A stretch of DNA of 64,000 nt from Mobula hypostoma (taxonomy: Eukaryota): contig NC_086097.1 of assembly GCF_963921235.1 (NCBI RefSeq), positions 138,944,001-139,008,000 of the forward strand, read 5' to 3'. Shown here one piece after another: positions 12,751-25,620 of this stretch. Each line of letters opens with the position of its first letter. The stretch's first letter is position 1. The position numbers and the translations under genes are program-made. The notes under the pieces are model-generated. The model was not told the DNA's origin. It ran no database searches and saw nothing but the letters and a program-made list of their open reading frames with translations.

Positions 12751-13214
12751 TATGAATACTCGGACTGTTTTAGGATAGAGACAGACACAGATCTGAATGG
12801 TTCACGCCTGTGATTTGTGCTTCATCGGCACTGATGTTAAGGCGGGAGCTTGGGTGAGCAAGGTTTACAGTAAATATCCTTCCGATGTCATGGGTTTTAC
12901 TTTCAAATCAATGCAAGAGATCTGTCAAGACCCGGTAGATTTGTAGCTTGATATGGTGATGTGTTTCCTTCTCGCACAACTAAACTCCTCGAACTTATTC
13001 TGAAATATTAGAGGAAGCTTCTCGAATGAACAAACAACCTCTTGTTTCTCATCGAGGAGCAGGCAGCAGCTATAGGCGCTGAAATTCATCCCTCGGCCTA
13101 CACAAGAGAGTTCGAGGCCGGAACAATTGCCCGTCACCGCTTGTCGAAGGAAGAAATGTGTAGGGATGACAATGCGGGAATGATCACTGGGACTGGATAT
13201 CTGCGATCGTTTGT

Positions 13215-13460
13215 TATCTCCACTATAGCTCCCCAGCCTCTGTCCATATCTCCAGTCCTTTCTCCCTCATTTGACAGCATCAACCCCTCCTAGGCTGCAT
13301 CTATCTATCACTGTGGCCAGCCCTGGTCTCACTTTTCCACCTCGTTCTTTATACTCTTTCAGTTCAGATGACGGGTCTCGACCCGAAATGTCGGTTGTCT
13401 ATTTCCCTCCGTCGATATTGCCTGAGCAGCGGAGTGCCTACAGCAGTCTGTTGCTGTTTT
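13215..13460 (+). mobile_element. Penelope-like terminal remnant with variant hammerhead (13360-13397)
   Basis: CAGTT-CAGATGA-CGGGTCTCGACCC-GAAA-TGTC-GGTTG. Confidence 0.65.
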
Positions 13461-14065
13461 TTTTTAGCAAAGCCGAGGGACTTCATGTTGGGCGCTAGCC
13501 CTGGTCCAATGTGCCTGCACCATCCCCCACTCCTTTCTCATTCATTCCTTTCTCTTCAAACCGGCTAACCCGCTCTTAGCCTTTTAATCTTATACAAGTT
13601 ACTAGCACAAACGATCAGTTTGAGGGAATAGTAAACTCAGTGGGGCTAAATCAAAATAGTTATTTATATAATTCCTTTAATTTTTAATATAATTAGCAGC
13701 CAGCCTCAAGTTACCTGGCCTGCGAATCGTAAAATAATTTCACTTTCCGACGCTGCAGGAATGCCGCCTCATCGTGTCTGGTCCGTCATTTCATCAAGGC
13801 TGATCCATTTTCCCTCTCAACTCCATTCTCCTGCCTTCAGCCCGTAACCTTCACGCCCTTACTACTAAAAAAACTATTAACTTCCATCTTAAACATACCC
13901 AATGACCTGGCCTCCATAGCCGGCGGTTGCAACGAATTCCACAGATTCACCACCCACTGGCTAAAGAAATTCCTCCTCATCTTCGTTCCAAATGGACATC
14001 CCTCTATTCTGAGGCTGTGCCCTCTGGTCCTAGACTCCCCCACTATATACGACATCCTCTCGATA

Positions 14066-14800
14066 ACGACGCAACAGTCAGGAAATGCTCGAGGAACTCA
14101 GATGACCAGGCAGCATCTATGGAAAAGAGTACAGCCTATATTTCAGGCGGAGACCCTTCATCAGGACTGGAAAAAAACTGAGGAGTCAGATTAAGAAAAG
14201 TGGGGAGGGGAGGAAGAACCACGAGGTTGTGGATGAAACTGGGGGGGGGGGCGCGAGTGAAGTAACTAGCTGAGAAGTTGCTTAATGAAAGAGTCCACGG
14301 CTTCCCCTTCTGTTGCGATGAGGCTACACTCAGGTTGGAGGAACAACACCTTATATTCCATTTGGCTCACCACCAACCTGATGGCATGAAAGTCAATTTC
14401 TTGAACTTTGGGTAAAGCCCCGCCTCTTCTCCTTCACCTTTCCCCATTCCCATTATCTCCTTATCACCTTTTCTCCTTACCTGCTTATCACCTCCCTTCG
14501 GTTCTCCTCCCCCTTTACTTTCTTTCATGGCCTTCTGTCCTCTCCTATCAGATTCCCTCTCCTCCAGCCCTGTATTACTTTCACTAATCAACTTCCCAGC
14601 TCTTTACTTCAGCACTCCCCACCCCTCCTGGTTTCATCCATCACCTTGTGGTTCTTCTTCCTCTCCCTTCAGTTTCTTACTCTGACTCCTCATCTTTTTT
14701 TCCAGTTGTGATGAAGGGTCTCAGCCCGAAATATCAACTGTACTCTTTTCCATTGATGCTTCCCGGTCTGCTGAGTTCCTCCAGGATTTTGAATGTGTTG
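14066..14800 (+). mobile_element. Penelope-like element remnant with inverted terminal repeat, GIY-YIG C-terminus and two hammerhead motifs
   Basis: 14311-14415 encodes CCDEATLRLEEQHLIFHLAHHQPDGMKVNFLNFG*. Hammerhead motifs at 14132-14169 (-) and 14703-14740 (+). Flanked by ctctcgata and ctctcaata. Confidence 0.85.
14132..14169 (-). ncRNA. Minimal type I hammerhead ribozyme motif (best-preserved copy)
   Basis: CAGUC-CUGAUGA-AGG(GUCUCCG)CCU-GAAA-UA-UA-GGCUG. Intact core, stem I CAGUC/GGCUG, stem II AGG/CCU, palindromic AUAU stem III. Confidence 0.7.
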
Positions 14801-15949
14801 CTCTCAATATCCACTCTGTCTAGGCCTTTTAACCTTCTATGGGTTTCAATGAGATCCCCCTTCATTCTTCTAAATTTCAATGAGTACAGGATCAGAGCCA
14901 TTAAACGCAACTCATGCAATAACACTTTATTCTTGGAATCATTCTTGCGAACCTCCTCTGAACCCTCTCCAATGTCAGCACATCCTTTCTTAGATAAGGG
15001 CCCCAAACTGCTCAGAATACTGCAAGTGAGGCCTCCAGTGCCTTATAACACCACAACACTGCATCCTTACTTTGATCTTCTTTTCTATTCTGACTCGACT
15101 GGTGTCCAATGTGAAGTCACTCCAGGGTTGCTAAAAAATAAATGCAGTTCATGCCAGCCTATAGGATGAATGTTAATGATCCCACTACATCACTCACCTG
15201 AGCAGCAGTTCTTCAAACTGAAGCTAAATATATCCAGAGCCCTCTCTGCCTGAATGACATTTGTAGCCTGGAAAGCAGCCCAGTTCCTTCAGCAGACAAA
15301 GTCCTCTGCGATATAGAGAGGCAGAGCAACTTTGACCCCCACTCTAAGGGACATGGAGCGAACGGCCCAGCAAAAGGACAATTGTGGAGAGTTTCTGTGA
15401 TCCAGAAGATGTTGTTCTAATGACTACAACCTGCCATTCAACAGAATACCAGGGAAGTACAGAGACTGACTCGTGGAAGCAGCCACATCAAAGACCACCA
15501 GCTAGTTTCTGCTTGGCTTCACGAGAAGCTGAATGGATTTGTAAGCATGAGTCTAGCTTATTACCTCCGAGAGAGAATGAATCAGAAGAGTTGCATTTCT
15601 GTAGCACCATTCAGAAGGCCCTGTCAGAAACCCTTCACCACTTTCAAAGCCTTTTTCCCTCAGGAACTGTCCAAACATGGAGCATTTACCATGGCATATC
15701 AGAAATCACATGCCACGTTAAACAATTTAACCATTCCTTTTGCCGACAGCTGCTGGTACTTTAAGAGCAAATGAATACTTATGGCCTAAACATTTCTATG
15801 CCCAGCCACTCACCAAAATGGCTGATCATCACCATCTTTTCCCCAAACTGTGGAAGGGTTTGGGGAACCTGCATTGGCCTGGTCAGTCACTTCAGGAGCC
15901 ACAACAATCTCATGGAACCAGGTCATCAACCATAAATGGGACTGTCTGT

Positions 15950-18900
15950 TAGGGGGTGAAGGGTGGTGGGAACAGAGATGCTGAAGAGAAGTGATGATGA
16001 AGAGTGGTTATGGTGAAGAGCACTGATGGTGCAGAGTGATGTTGGTGCCAAAGGATGGTTTTGATGAAGAGTGGTGTCCATGAAGAGTGGTAATGGTGAA
16101 AAGTTGTGATGGTGAAGATTGGTGATGGTGAGTAGTGGTGCATTGAAAGGGGGTGATGGTGAAAAGTTGTGATGTGAAGATTAGAGATGGTGAGGAGCAT
16201 GTTGGTGAAGAGAGATGATGGTGAAGAGTAGTGATGATGAAAAGTTGTAATGTGAAGAGCAATGATCTGGAGGAGTTATGCTGGTGAAGACTGCTGTTGG
16301 TGGTGAAGAATATTGCAGGTGAGGATGGTGTTGAAGAGTGGTGATGGTGAAGATTGGTGTTGGGGAAGAGTGATGAAGGTGAAAATTGGTGTTGTCGAAG
16401 TGTGTTAGTGAAGAGTGGAGATACTGAAGAGTAGTGATGGTGAAGCATAGCGATGGTGATGTTGATACATGGTGATGGTGAATAGTAGTGTTGGTGAAGA
16501 GTGGTAACGGTGAAAGTTGATAATGGTAATAGTGAAGTGAGATGTTGGTGAAGAGTTGTGTTGGAGAAGAGCGTTGATGCTGACGACTGGTGTTGGTGAA
16601 ATGTGGAGATGGTGATGAGTCATGTGGTGAAAAGTGATAGTGAAGAATAACATTGATGAAAACTGGTTTTTGTGAAGTGTCATAATGGTGAAGAGTAGTA
16701 ATGATGAACGTTGGTGAAGGTGAAGCATGGTGATCTGAAGTATGGTGATGGTGAAGAGTGACAATGGTGAAAAGTAGTTATGTCGAGGAGTGTTTGTGAA
16801 GATTGGCTATTGTAAAAACAGTGAAGTATGAAGTTGCTGAAGAGCGGTGCTGGTAAAGAGTGGTGATGGTGAAGAGTGGCGATTGTGAAAATTATTGGCC
16901 ATGATATGTGGTGTCAGTTAATGGTGGTGTTGGTGAAGAGCAATGATGGTAAGTTGTGTTGGTTAAACTGAATAGAGTTGGTGAGGTGTAATGTTGAACA
17001 ATGGTATTTAAGAACATTGCTGATGGTAAAGATTCATGATGGTGAAGACTGGAGTTGGTAAAGTGTGTTTTTTTTTTAAAAAGAGTGGTGATGGTGAGGA
17101 GTGATGTTGGTGAAGAGTGGTGATGGTGAATCTTGGTGATGTTAAATTGTAGCGATAGTGAAGAATGCTGACGTGGAAGAGTTGTGTTGGTGAATTTTGG
17201 TGCTGGGGAAGACTGGTGTTGGTGAAGATTAGTGATGGTGAAGACTAGAATTGATGAAGTATGTTTTTGGTAAAGAGTGGTGTTGGTGAAGAGTGATGAT
17301 GGTGAATCGTGGTGATGGTGAATATGGTGATGGTAAAGTGTAGTGTTAGTGAAGAGCATTGAAGGGGAAGAGTTGTGTTGTTGAATTGTAGTGTTGGGGA
17401 AGACTGGTGTTGGTGAAGATTAGTGATGGTGATGAAAAAAGTCCTGTTAGTGAAGACTGGTGGTAGTGAACAATAGCATTGATGAAAAGTGGTATAGGTG
17501 ACTGTTGCAGTGATGTAGAATGGTGATGACAAAGAGTGATGTCGTTGAAAATAGGTGTCAGTAAATAGTGGTAACGTTGTGGAGTGGCATTGGTGAAGCA
17601 TGGCTTGGTAAAGACTGCTGATGATAAGGAATGGTGTTGGTTAACACTGGTAACGGTGAAGCGTGGTGATGGTGAAAACTGGTGTTGTAAAAGAATGGTA
17701 TTGATGAAGGGCATTGATGGTGAAGGACTTGTTGGTGAAATGTGATATTGTGAAGAGTGCTGTTGGTCAGGAGTGGTGATGGTGAAGAGCAATGATGATG
17801 AGGAGCCATGTTGGTGGAGACTGTGAGTGGTGAGGAATGGTACTGCTAAAGAGTGGTGTTAGTGAACTATGGTGTTAGTGAAGAGTTTTGTTGGTGAAAA
17901 TTAGTAATGGTGAAAATAGGTGTCAGTGCACTGTGGTGAAAGTGAATAATCATGTTGGTGAACAATGGTGATACTGTGGAACTGTGTTGGTGAAGTGTGC
18001 CATTAGTGAAAGGTGCTAATGGAGGAGAAAGTGTTGGTAAAAAGTGTTGATTGTGAAGAGTGGTGTTTGTGAAGGTGATGGCAAAGAGCAATGATTGTGA
18101 AGAGTCGTGCTGGTGGAGACTGTTGGTGGTGAAGAAAGGCATTGGTGAAGAGTGGTGATGGTGATGTTGACAAGTGTTTGTGAAGATTAGTCATGGTGAA
18201 AATTGTCAATGAAATCTATTGGTGAACTGTGGTGTTGGTGAAGAGTAGTTATGTTTATGTTTCATGTTGAAAAAATGTGGTGTTGGTGAAGAGTGGAGAG
18301 CATTAAAATTGGTGATGGTAAAGAGTGGTGTTGGTGCAGACTGGTGATGTTGATGGGTGTTTATGAAGAGTGATGATGGTGATAGCTTTTGGTGATAAAA
18401 TGTGGTGTTGATGAAGATTGATGGCAGTGAAGACTGGTAATAGTTCAACGTGGTGATCATGAAGATTGGTGATGGTGAAAAGTTGTGATGGCAAGGAGTG
18501 ATGCTGGTAAAGATTGATGGTGATGAAGAATGGCAGTAATGAAAAATGTTGTTAGTGAAGAGTGTTGAGTATTCACATTGGTGATGGTGTCGAGTGGTGA
18601 AGATGATGAGAGTTTGTGAAGGGAGGTGATGGTAAAAATTGTTGGTGATGAAATGCACTGTTAGTGAATGTTAGCGATGGTTGGGAGTGTTAATGGTGAA
18701 AATTGATCTCAGTGTAGTTTGGTGTCATTAAAGAGTGGTGGTAGTGAAGAGTGGTGTTGGTGAACAGTGATGATATTGAGCAGTAGTACGGGTGGAGTGT
18801 GGTATTGGTGAAGTCTGGTGATGGAGAAGAGTGGTGTTGCTGAAGAGTGGTGTTAGTGAAGATTGGTGTTAGTGAAGTGTGGTGCTGGTAAAGAGTGGTG

Positions 18901-20105
18901 ATGTTGAAGAGTGGTATCGATGAAGAATCATCATGGTAAAGAGCAATGATGTGGAGTTGTGTTTGGAAAGTCTGATGGTGTGAAGAATGATGCTGGTTAA
19001 GAATGGTGATGGTGAGGAGTGTTTGAGAAGAGTGGTGATGATGAAGAGTAGTATTAGTGAAGATAGTCATAGTCATAGTCATACTTTATTGATCCCAGGG
19101 GAAATTGGTTTTCATTACAGTTGCACCATAAATAATAAATAGTAATAAAACCATAAATAATTAAATAGTAATAGGCAAATTATGCCAGTAAATTATGAAA
19201 TAAGTCCAGGACCAACCTATTGGCTCAGGGTGTCTGACGCTCCAAGGGAGGAGTTGTAAAGTTTGATGGCCACAGGCAGGAATGACTTCCTATAACACTT
19301 TGTATTGCATCTCGGTGGAATGAGTCTCTGGCTGAATGTACTCCTGTGCCCAACCAGTACATTATGTAGTGGATGGGAGACATTGTCCAAGATGGCATGC
19401 AACTTAGACAGCATCTTCTTTTCAGACACCACTGTCAGAGAGTCCAGTTCCATCCCCACAACATCACTGGCCTTACGAATAAGTTTGTTGATTCTGTTGG
19501 TGTCTGCTACCCTCAGCCTGCTGCCCCAGCACACAACAGCAAACATGATAGCACTGGCCACCACAGACTCGTAGAACATCCTCAGCATCGTCCGGCAGAT
19601 GTTAAAGGACCTCAGTCTCCTCAGGAAATAGCGATGGCTCTGACCCTTCTTGTAGACAGCCTCAGTGTTCTTTGACCAGTCCAGTTTATTGTCAATTCGT
19701 ATCCCCAGGTATTTGTAATCTTCCACCATGTCCACACTGACCCCCTGGATGGAAGATTAGTGTTGGTTAAGTATAATAATGGTGAGGATTTTTGTTGGTG
19801 AAGACTGATGGTGATGAATAATTGTGTTGGTGAAATGTAATAATGGTGAGGATACTTGTTGGTTAAAATTGATGGTGGTGAAAAATGGATTTGGTGAATA
19901 TTGCGTCAGTGAAGATGGTGTTAATAAAAAGTTGTGATGATAAAGAATGGTGTCAGTTAAGAATGAATGGTAAAGAATGGTGTTGATGAAAATTGGTTTC
20001 GTTGAAGAGTTCTGTTGTGAAGAGTGGAGATGTTGATGAACAATGATGGTGAAGAGTTGTTTTGGTGAAAATTGATGGTAATGAGAAATAGTGTTGCAGA
20101 GTGGT
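15950..20105. repeat. Degenerate ~16-bp satellite (consensus about GAGTGGTGATGGTGAA)
   Basis: Continuous G/T-rich, C-poor plus strand with recurring tggtgaaga. Interrupted by a LINE at 19064-19751. Confidence 0.9.
19064..19751 (-). mobile_element. Rex1/Babar-type LINE, 5'-truncated, young
   Basis: ORF 19217-19735 (YKYLG..KLDWSKNTEAVYKKGQS..YFLRRLRSFN) is the RT C-terminus with a DUF1891-like region. AATAAA followed by an (ACTATG)n tail. Likely TSD gaagat. Confidence 0.88.
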
Positions 20106-20154
20106 GCCACTAAAAAGTAGCATTGCTTTTTTTTACAAATGCAAAAAACTTTAT

Positions 20155-22833
20155 TCAAATGTGGCTCTGTTGGTCAGAGATGGAAATACATTTTTAGAAA
20201 TAGGTGACATAAGGTCAGAGAATGTTGAATCTTTGTGGGTGCAGTTAAACTGCAAGGGTAAAAAAAACATTATGGAAATCAAATATGGGCTTCCAAATAG
20301 TAGCCAAAATGTGGGGATGAGATTGCAAAGGGAGCCGGAAAAGGCATTTAATAAGTGTAATGAAACAATCGTAATTGGGCATTCAATATGTAAGGGGATT
20401 GGGAAAAACAGGTTGGTGTCGGATTGTGAGAGAGGGAATTTGTTGAATGCCTATGAGATGGCTTTTTAGAGCAGCTTGTGCTACAGCCTACTCAGGGAAA
20501 GGCTATCTTAGATTAGGTGTTGTGTAATAACCTATTTCTCATTTGGGAGCTTAATGTAAAGGAACTCTTGGGAGGTAGTGCTCATAATATGACTGAATTC
20601 ATACTGCAGCTTGAGAGAGGGAAGCATAAGTCACACGTACCTATATCACAATGGAATAAAGGGAACTACAGAGGCAAGAGAGAGAAGCTTCCACAGGTGG
20701 ATTGAAGGAGGATACTTGTGGGGGTGTTGGCAGAGCAGAGATTGCTGAAGTTTCTAGGAATAGTTCAGAAGGCACAGGATATGTTCCACGAAAGAGGAAG
20801 TTCTCAAATGGCAGGGGTAAACAACTGTGGCTGACAAGGGATGTTAAGGACTGCATAAAAGCCAAGGAAAGCACATATAAGGTAGCAAAAGTGAGTGGGA
20901 AGTTGGATGAATGGGAAGCTCTTAAAATCCAACTAAAGGCAACTAAAAAAGCTTTAAGAAGGGAAAAGATGAAAATTGAGGGCAAATTAGCAAATAGTAG
21001 AAAGCAGGATACCAAAACTTTTTTTCAGTTATATAAAAAGTAAAAGGGAGGTGAGTTGATATTGGACCACTAGAAAATGATACTGGTGAGGTAGTAGTGG
21101 GAGACAAAGAAATGGCAGAATAACTTGACAGGTACTTTGCATCTGTTTTCACTGTGGAAGACACCAGCAGTGTGCCAGACATCTATGAGTGTCAGGGAGC
21201 AGGAGTGTGTGCCATTGTTATTACAGAGGAAAAAGTGCTAGGCAGACTCAAAGGTCTTAAGGTGGATAAGTCACCTGGACCAGATGGACTACATCTCAGA
21301 GTCCTGAGAGAGGTAGCGGAAGAGATAACTGATGCATTGGTCATAATTTTTCAAGAGTCACTTGACTCTGGCATGATCCCAGAGGACTGGAAGATTGCAA
21401 ATGTCACTCCACTCTTTAAGAAGGGAGGAAGGCAAAAGAAAGGAAATTATAGGCCAGATAGCCCAACCTCAGAGGTTGGGAAAGTTTTGAAGTCTATTGT
21501 TAAGGATGAGGTTTCAGGGTACTTGGAGACTAATGATAAAATAAATCAAAGTCAACATGGTCCATGTAAAGGGAAATCTTGCCTGACAAATCTGTTAGAG
21601 TTCTTCGGGGAAGTAACAAGCAGGGTGGACAAAGGAGAGGCCGTGGATGTCATTTGCTTGGATTTTCAGAAGGCATTTGATAAGGTGCCACACATGAGGC
21701 TGCTTAACGAGATAAAATCCTATGGCGTTACAGGAAAGATACTGGCATGGATGGCAGAATGGCTGACAGGCAAGAGGCAGCAAGTTCGAATAAAGGAGGC
21801 CTTTTCTGGTTGGCTGCCGGTTACTACCGGTGTTCCTCAGGGGTCAGTATTGGGACGCTACTTTTCACATTGTTTGTCAGTGATTTAGATAATGGAATTG
21901 ATGGTTTTGTGGCAAAGTTTGCAGATGATATGAAGATAGATGGATTGTAGGTCGTGCTGAGGAAGCAATTCGATTGCAGCAGGACTTAGACAGATTGGAA
22001 GAATGGGCAAAAAAGTGACAGATAGAATACAGTGTTGTAAAATGTATGATAATGCATTTTAGTAAGAGGAACAATAGTGTGTGGACTATTATTTAAATGG
22101 GAGAAGGTTCAAACATCAGAGGTGCAGAGGGACTTAGGAGTCCTCATGCAAGACTCTCAGAAGGTTAATTCATAGGTTGAGTCTGTGGTAAAGAAGGCAA
22201 ATGCAATGTTGGCATTTATTTCAAGGGGAATAGAATATAAAAGCAAGGAGATAATGCTGAAGCTTTATAAGACACTAGTCAGGCTGCACTTGGAGTATTG
22301 TCAACAGTTTTGGGTCCCAGAACGGATGTGTTGTCATTGGAGAGTCCTGAGGAGGGTCACGAGGTTGATTCTGGGAATGAAAGGGTTAACATATGAGGAC
22401 GATTTGGCAGCTTTGGGCCTGTACTTACTGGAATTTAGAAGAATGCGGGGTGATCTCATTGAAACCTACCGAATGTTGAAAGGACCAGATAGAGTGAAGG
22501 TGGAGAGGATGTTTCCTGTAGTGGGGGTATCCAAAACTAGAAGGCACATCCTCAAAATTGAGGGGTGACCTTTTAGAATCGAGGTAAGAAGGACTTTTTT
22601 TAGGCAGAGGGTAGTGAATCTGTGGAATGGTCTGCCACAGTCTGCGGTGGAGGCCAAGTCTGTAGGTGTATTTAAGACAGAAATTGATTGTTTCCTGATC
22701 GGTCAAGACACAAGGATATGGTGAGAAGGCAGGTGAATGGGGTTGAGTAGGATCTGGGATTAGCCATGATGGAATGATGGTGAAGTCTCAATGGGCTGAA
22801 TGGCCTAATTCTGCTCTTATGTCTTATGGTCTA
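20155..22833 (+). mobile_element. CR1 LINE ORF2 (5'-truncated, frameshifted)
   Basis: Endonuclease relic, KSPGPDG, NVTPLFKKG, LDFQKAFDKVPH, GVPQGSVLG and FADD motifs. Tail ttatgtcttatggtct. Confidence 0.95.
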
Positions 22834-22869
22834 ATACAAAAAGCTAGGAGTTACAATACAGTTACTGAA

Positions 22870-23450
22870 TTCAAATTTAAATAGTGTAATTAGCATCTAT
22901 GATGCACATAGTTCCCTGGGGTGGGCACCATTCCCAGACATCCCCCACTGAACCCACAATGATCGCATGTTTTCTATCTAAGAACACCCTGGCATGAATG
23001 TAGCCCTGGAAGAGAGGCAGGCGGTTGGCTCGGACAGATCCTTCCACAGTACACTGCCTGGACCTGTGAATGGCTAGCTTGGCCAGGCCCAAAAGCAAGC
23101 CTACGAGGACATCCTCCCCCTTTCTTACTGGATGGCCATAAACTGAGAGCATGGGGCTGAAATGTAACCAGACCATGAGGAGCAACCCTCTTCAGATATC
23201 CAAACAGGGCCTGCAGCCTCTTGCACTCCTGTGGACATGGTACACTGACTCCTCCTGTCCACAGACAAGACAGGTGGATGAGGTATCAGTGAACCTGCTC
23301 AGCAATCTATTACATGATACTACCCTGTGGAACACCCTCCATCCCAGGTCCCCAAGGTGTAGGGGAAAGACCCCTGCATAGAGGGACAATCCACTGGGTG
23401 CCTCCCTCACTGTCTGATGGTGTCAGTGGTGGTGTCACGATGTGCACTGC
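22870..23450 (-). mobile_element. Tx1-like (L1 clade) ORF2 3' fragment with zf-RVT region
   Basis: GDLGWRVFHRVVSCNRLL..CLVCGQEESVYHV and LLLGLAKLAIHRSR. Confidence 0.75.
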
Positions 23451-24401
23451 CAATATTGGAACCCAAGTGCAGAGGAAAGACAGACTCTGACGTGAAGACG
23501 GTGGTGACACTTTATTCATAATAATTCTGGATGAACACGGGCAACTTAGCCGAGTGACACCATGTGAAATAACATTCTCAAAACTAGAACCTTGCGATTA
23601 GCACAGATTGGGTATCTGCTTAAACAGTACAAGTAACATGACATCTCTGAGCCTATCAAAATAAACTTAATAAGCTTAAATAAAAAGCGCCAAGTGACAA
23701 GAAAAACACAAGAAACCCTAAAGGATTACTGACTGTTGCTAAAGCACAAGGTGCCATAAAAAACCTTGAGCCCATTGCTCTTTGGCGCCCTGAGAAACTC
23801 ATTACAGGACTAGCCTCCCTAAGGCCAGCACCTGATGACCCAGGGAAACTCGAGATCCAAGGACAATTCAAGAGACTATGGGGATCTTGAGAAGGACCTC
23901 AAGGGGAACCTCAAGCAACGCCAGGGAACCCCAAGGGGAAGTCTTGGGAGTCCTCAATAAGAAGAGAACATTGAAAAGCAAAACTTTGTGAAAGTTTGAA
24001 GTCCTTGAAAGCTGAGGCCTGGAAAAAGCCTAGGGAAGGATCCTGGAGGTACCTTGCTCACAGAGTTTTACCATTCACTATTTTTCCAAAGGCAATTAGG
24101 ATACAGAAGGCTGTACTCTGAATTTTACAGATTGAGACAGCATAGATATCACTGAGCCAGCTGGCTCTCTGCAGACTTGTTTCATTTCTTACATGAAAGC
24201 TCACTTTTTGCAGCCTGTATTACGACTGTCATCAAGAGGTTACTTTACCTTACACACTGCAGCCAGGGATCAGCTTTTGGCATAGGGTTCTACCAAAATT
24301 TACACTATTAACGAGGGGTGAATCAAACAAACTTTATTGATAAGCTTGCTTGAAGTGCTCAATTGTTATGCAGACCTAAGTCATGGGAACCCAGATACTT
24401 G

Positions 24402-24958
24402 TGTAAATGCTCTGTAAGGTTTCACTGCTAATGTAATGGTTTCTCTGTAGCAGCAGTGTTTGGGTTATGACTAGAGATAACGGGGGCTTTGGAATATGCA
24501 CCATCCAATGAGAGGCATGTTTTCCTTTGTTTCTTTCTTGTGTGTCTGAGAGAAGGGTTTTACAGTCTTTTGTCAGCGAGAGATGTAGAGAGAAGACGCA
24601 AGTGGAGAGAGTTGGTAAACTGCAGGATGGAGTGTACTTGGAGTGAGGGTCCGGGAATCGATGACACGGAGGAGGTTGATGGGGAACGAATGGATGGAAA
24701 ATCGTGAGCTCTAACATGCACAATAAAAGGTTTCATTACTATGGGCCCTTTTTCTTTACTAACCCTATAGTCAGATTAAGAATAATAAAGTTCAATTGTT
24801 TAATTGCATATGGTGTACTGTCTGATATTTTGTGGTATGGGTTTGTAACCAGGCAACACCTCACGCAACATCCACACAAACAAGATTTCTCAAGTTTGGC
24901 TGGGCCGGAGGCTGACTTCCCCTAGACAAACACATGCTGGACGAACCTGAGGTTTACA
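24402..24958 (+). mobile_element. Solo LTR (557 bp)
   Basis: TGTAAA...TTTACA inverted termini, 4-bp TSD cttg (24398-24401 and 24959-24962), AATAAA at about 24722 and 24784. Confidence 0.85.
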
Positions 24959-25020
24959 CTTGCAACTTGAGAAGCTTGGAACAGAGACGAGAGAAACTGA
25001 GAACATAGACTAGAGAAGCT

Positions 25021-25620
25021 TAGAATGTTGGTGAATACTGATGGTCGAGAAGAATGGCAATGGTAAAGAGTGGCAATAGTGAAGAGTGGTGATGGTGAAG
25101 TGCTATGATGGTGAAGAGTGCTGTTGGTGAAGAGTAGCGATGGTGAAGCATTGTGATGTTGAACAATGGTGTGGTTGAAGGATGATGTTGGAGAAGAGTG
25201 ATGTTAGTGAAGGATGTGAAGAACAATGAATGTCAAGAGTGGTGTTGGTGAAGCGTGGTGTTGGTGAAGAGTGCTGTTGGTGAAGAAGAGTGATAGTGAA
25301 GAACAGTGAATGTGAAGAGTGGTGTTAGTGAAGAGTTGTGATGGTGAAGAGCAATGGTGTTGGAGCGTGGTGTTGGTAAAGGACGATGTTGGTGAAGGAA
25401 GAATGATAGTGAAGAACAATGAATGTCAAGAGTGGTGCTGGTGAAGAGTAGTGAAGGTGACAAGTGGTGATGATGAAAAGTGGTGGTGAAAAACGATGTT
25501 GGTGAAGCGTGGTGATCATCAAGAACAATGATGATGTAGAGAAGTGACAGCGAAGAAAGTATTGAGATCAGTGATGGTGATGACAGATCATTGATGCTGA
25601 AGAAGGCAGTGAGAGTGGTG
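25021..25620. repeat. Second block of the ~16-bp GGT satellite
   Basis: Same gagtggtgatggtgaa units and strand bias as 15950-20105. Confidence 0.9.

Larger units (their letters stand above)
13770..15090 (-). mobile_element. CR1 3' fragment split by a Penelope-like insertion
   Basis: ORFs 13837-14055 and 14734-15006 are consecutive CR1 ORF2 C-terminal pieces. Confidence 0.85.

Noticed and set aside
23826..23860. CTGATGA-CCCAGG-GAAA hammerhead-like string
   Set aside because: Stem II is too short to close and the flanks do not form stem I.
15949..25528. His/Thr/Ser-rich ORFs on the minus strand
   Set aside because: A by-product of the GGT satellite: overlapping ORFs in all frames, and the 16-bp period does not preserve frame.
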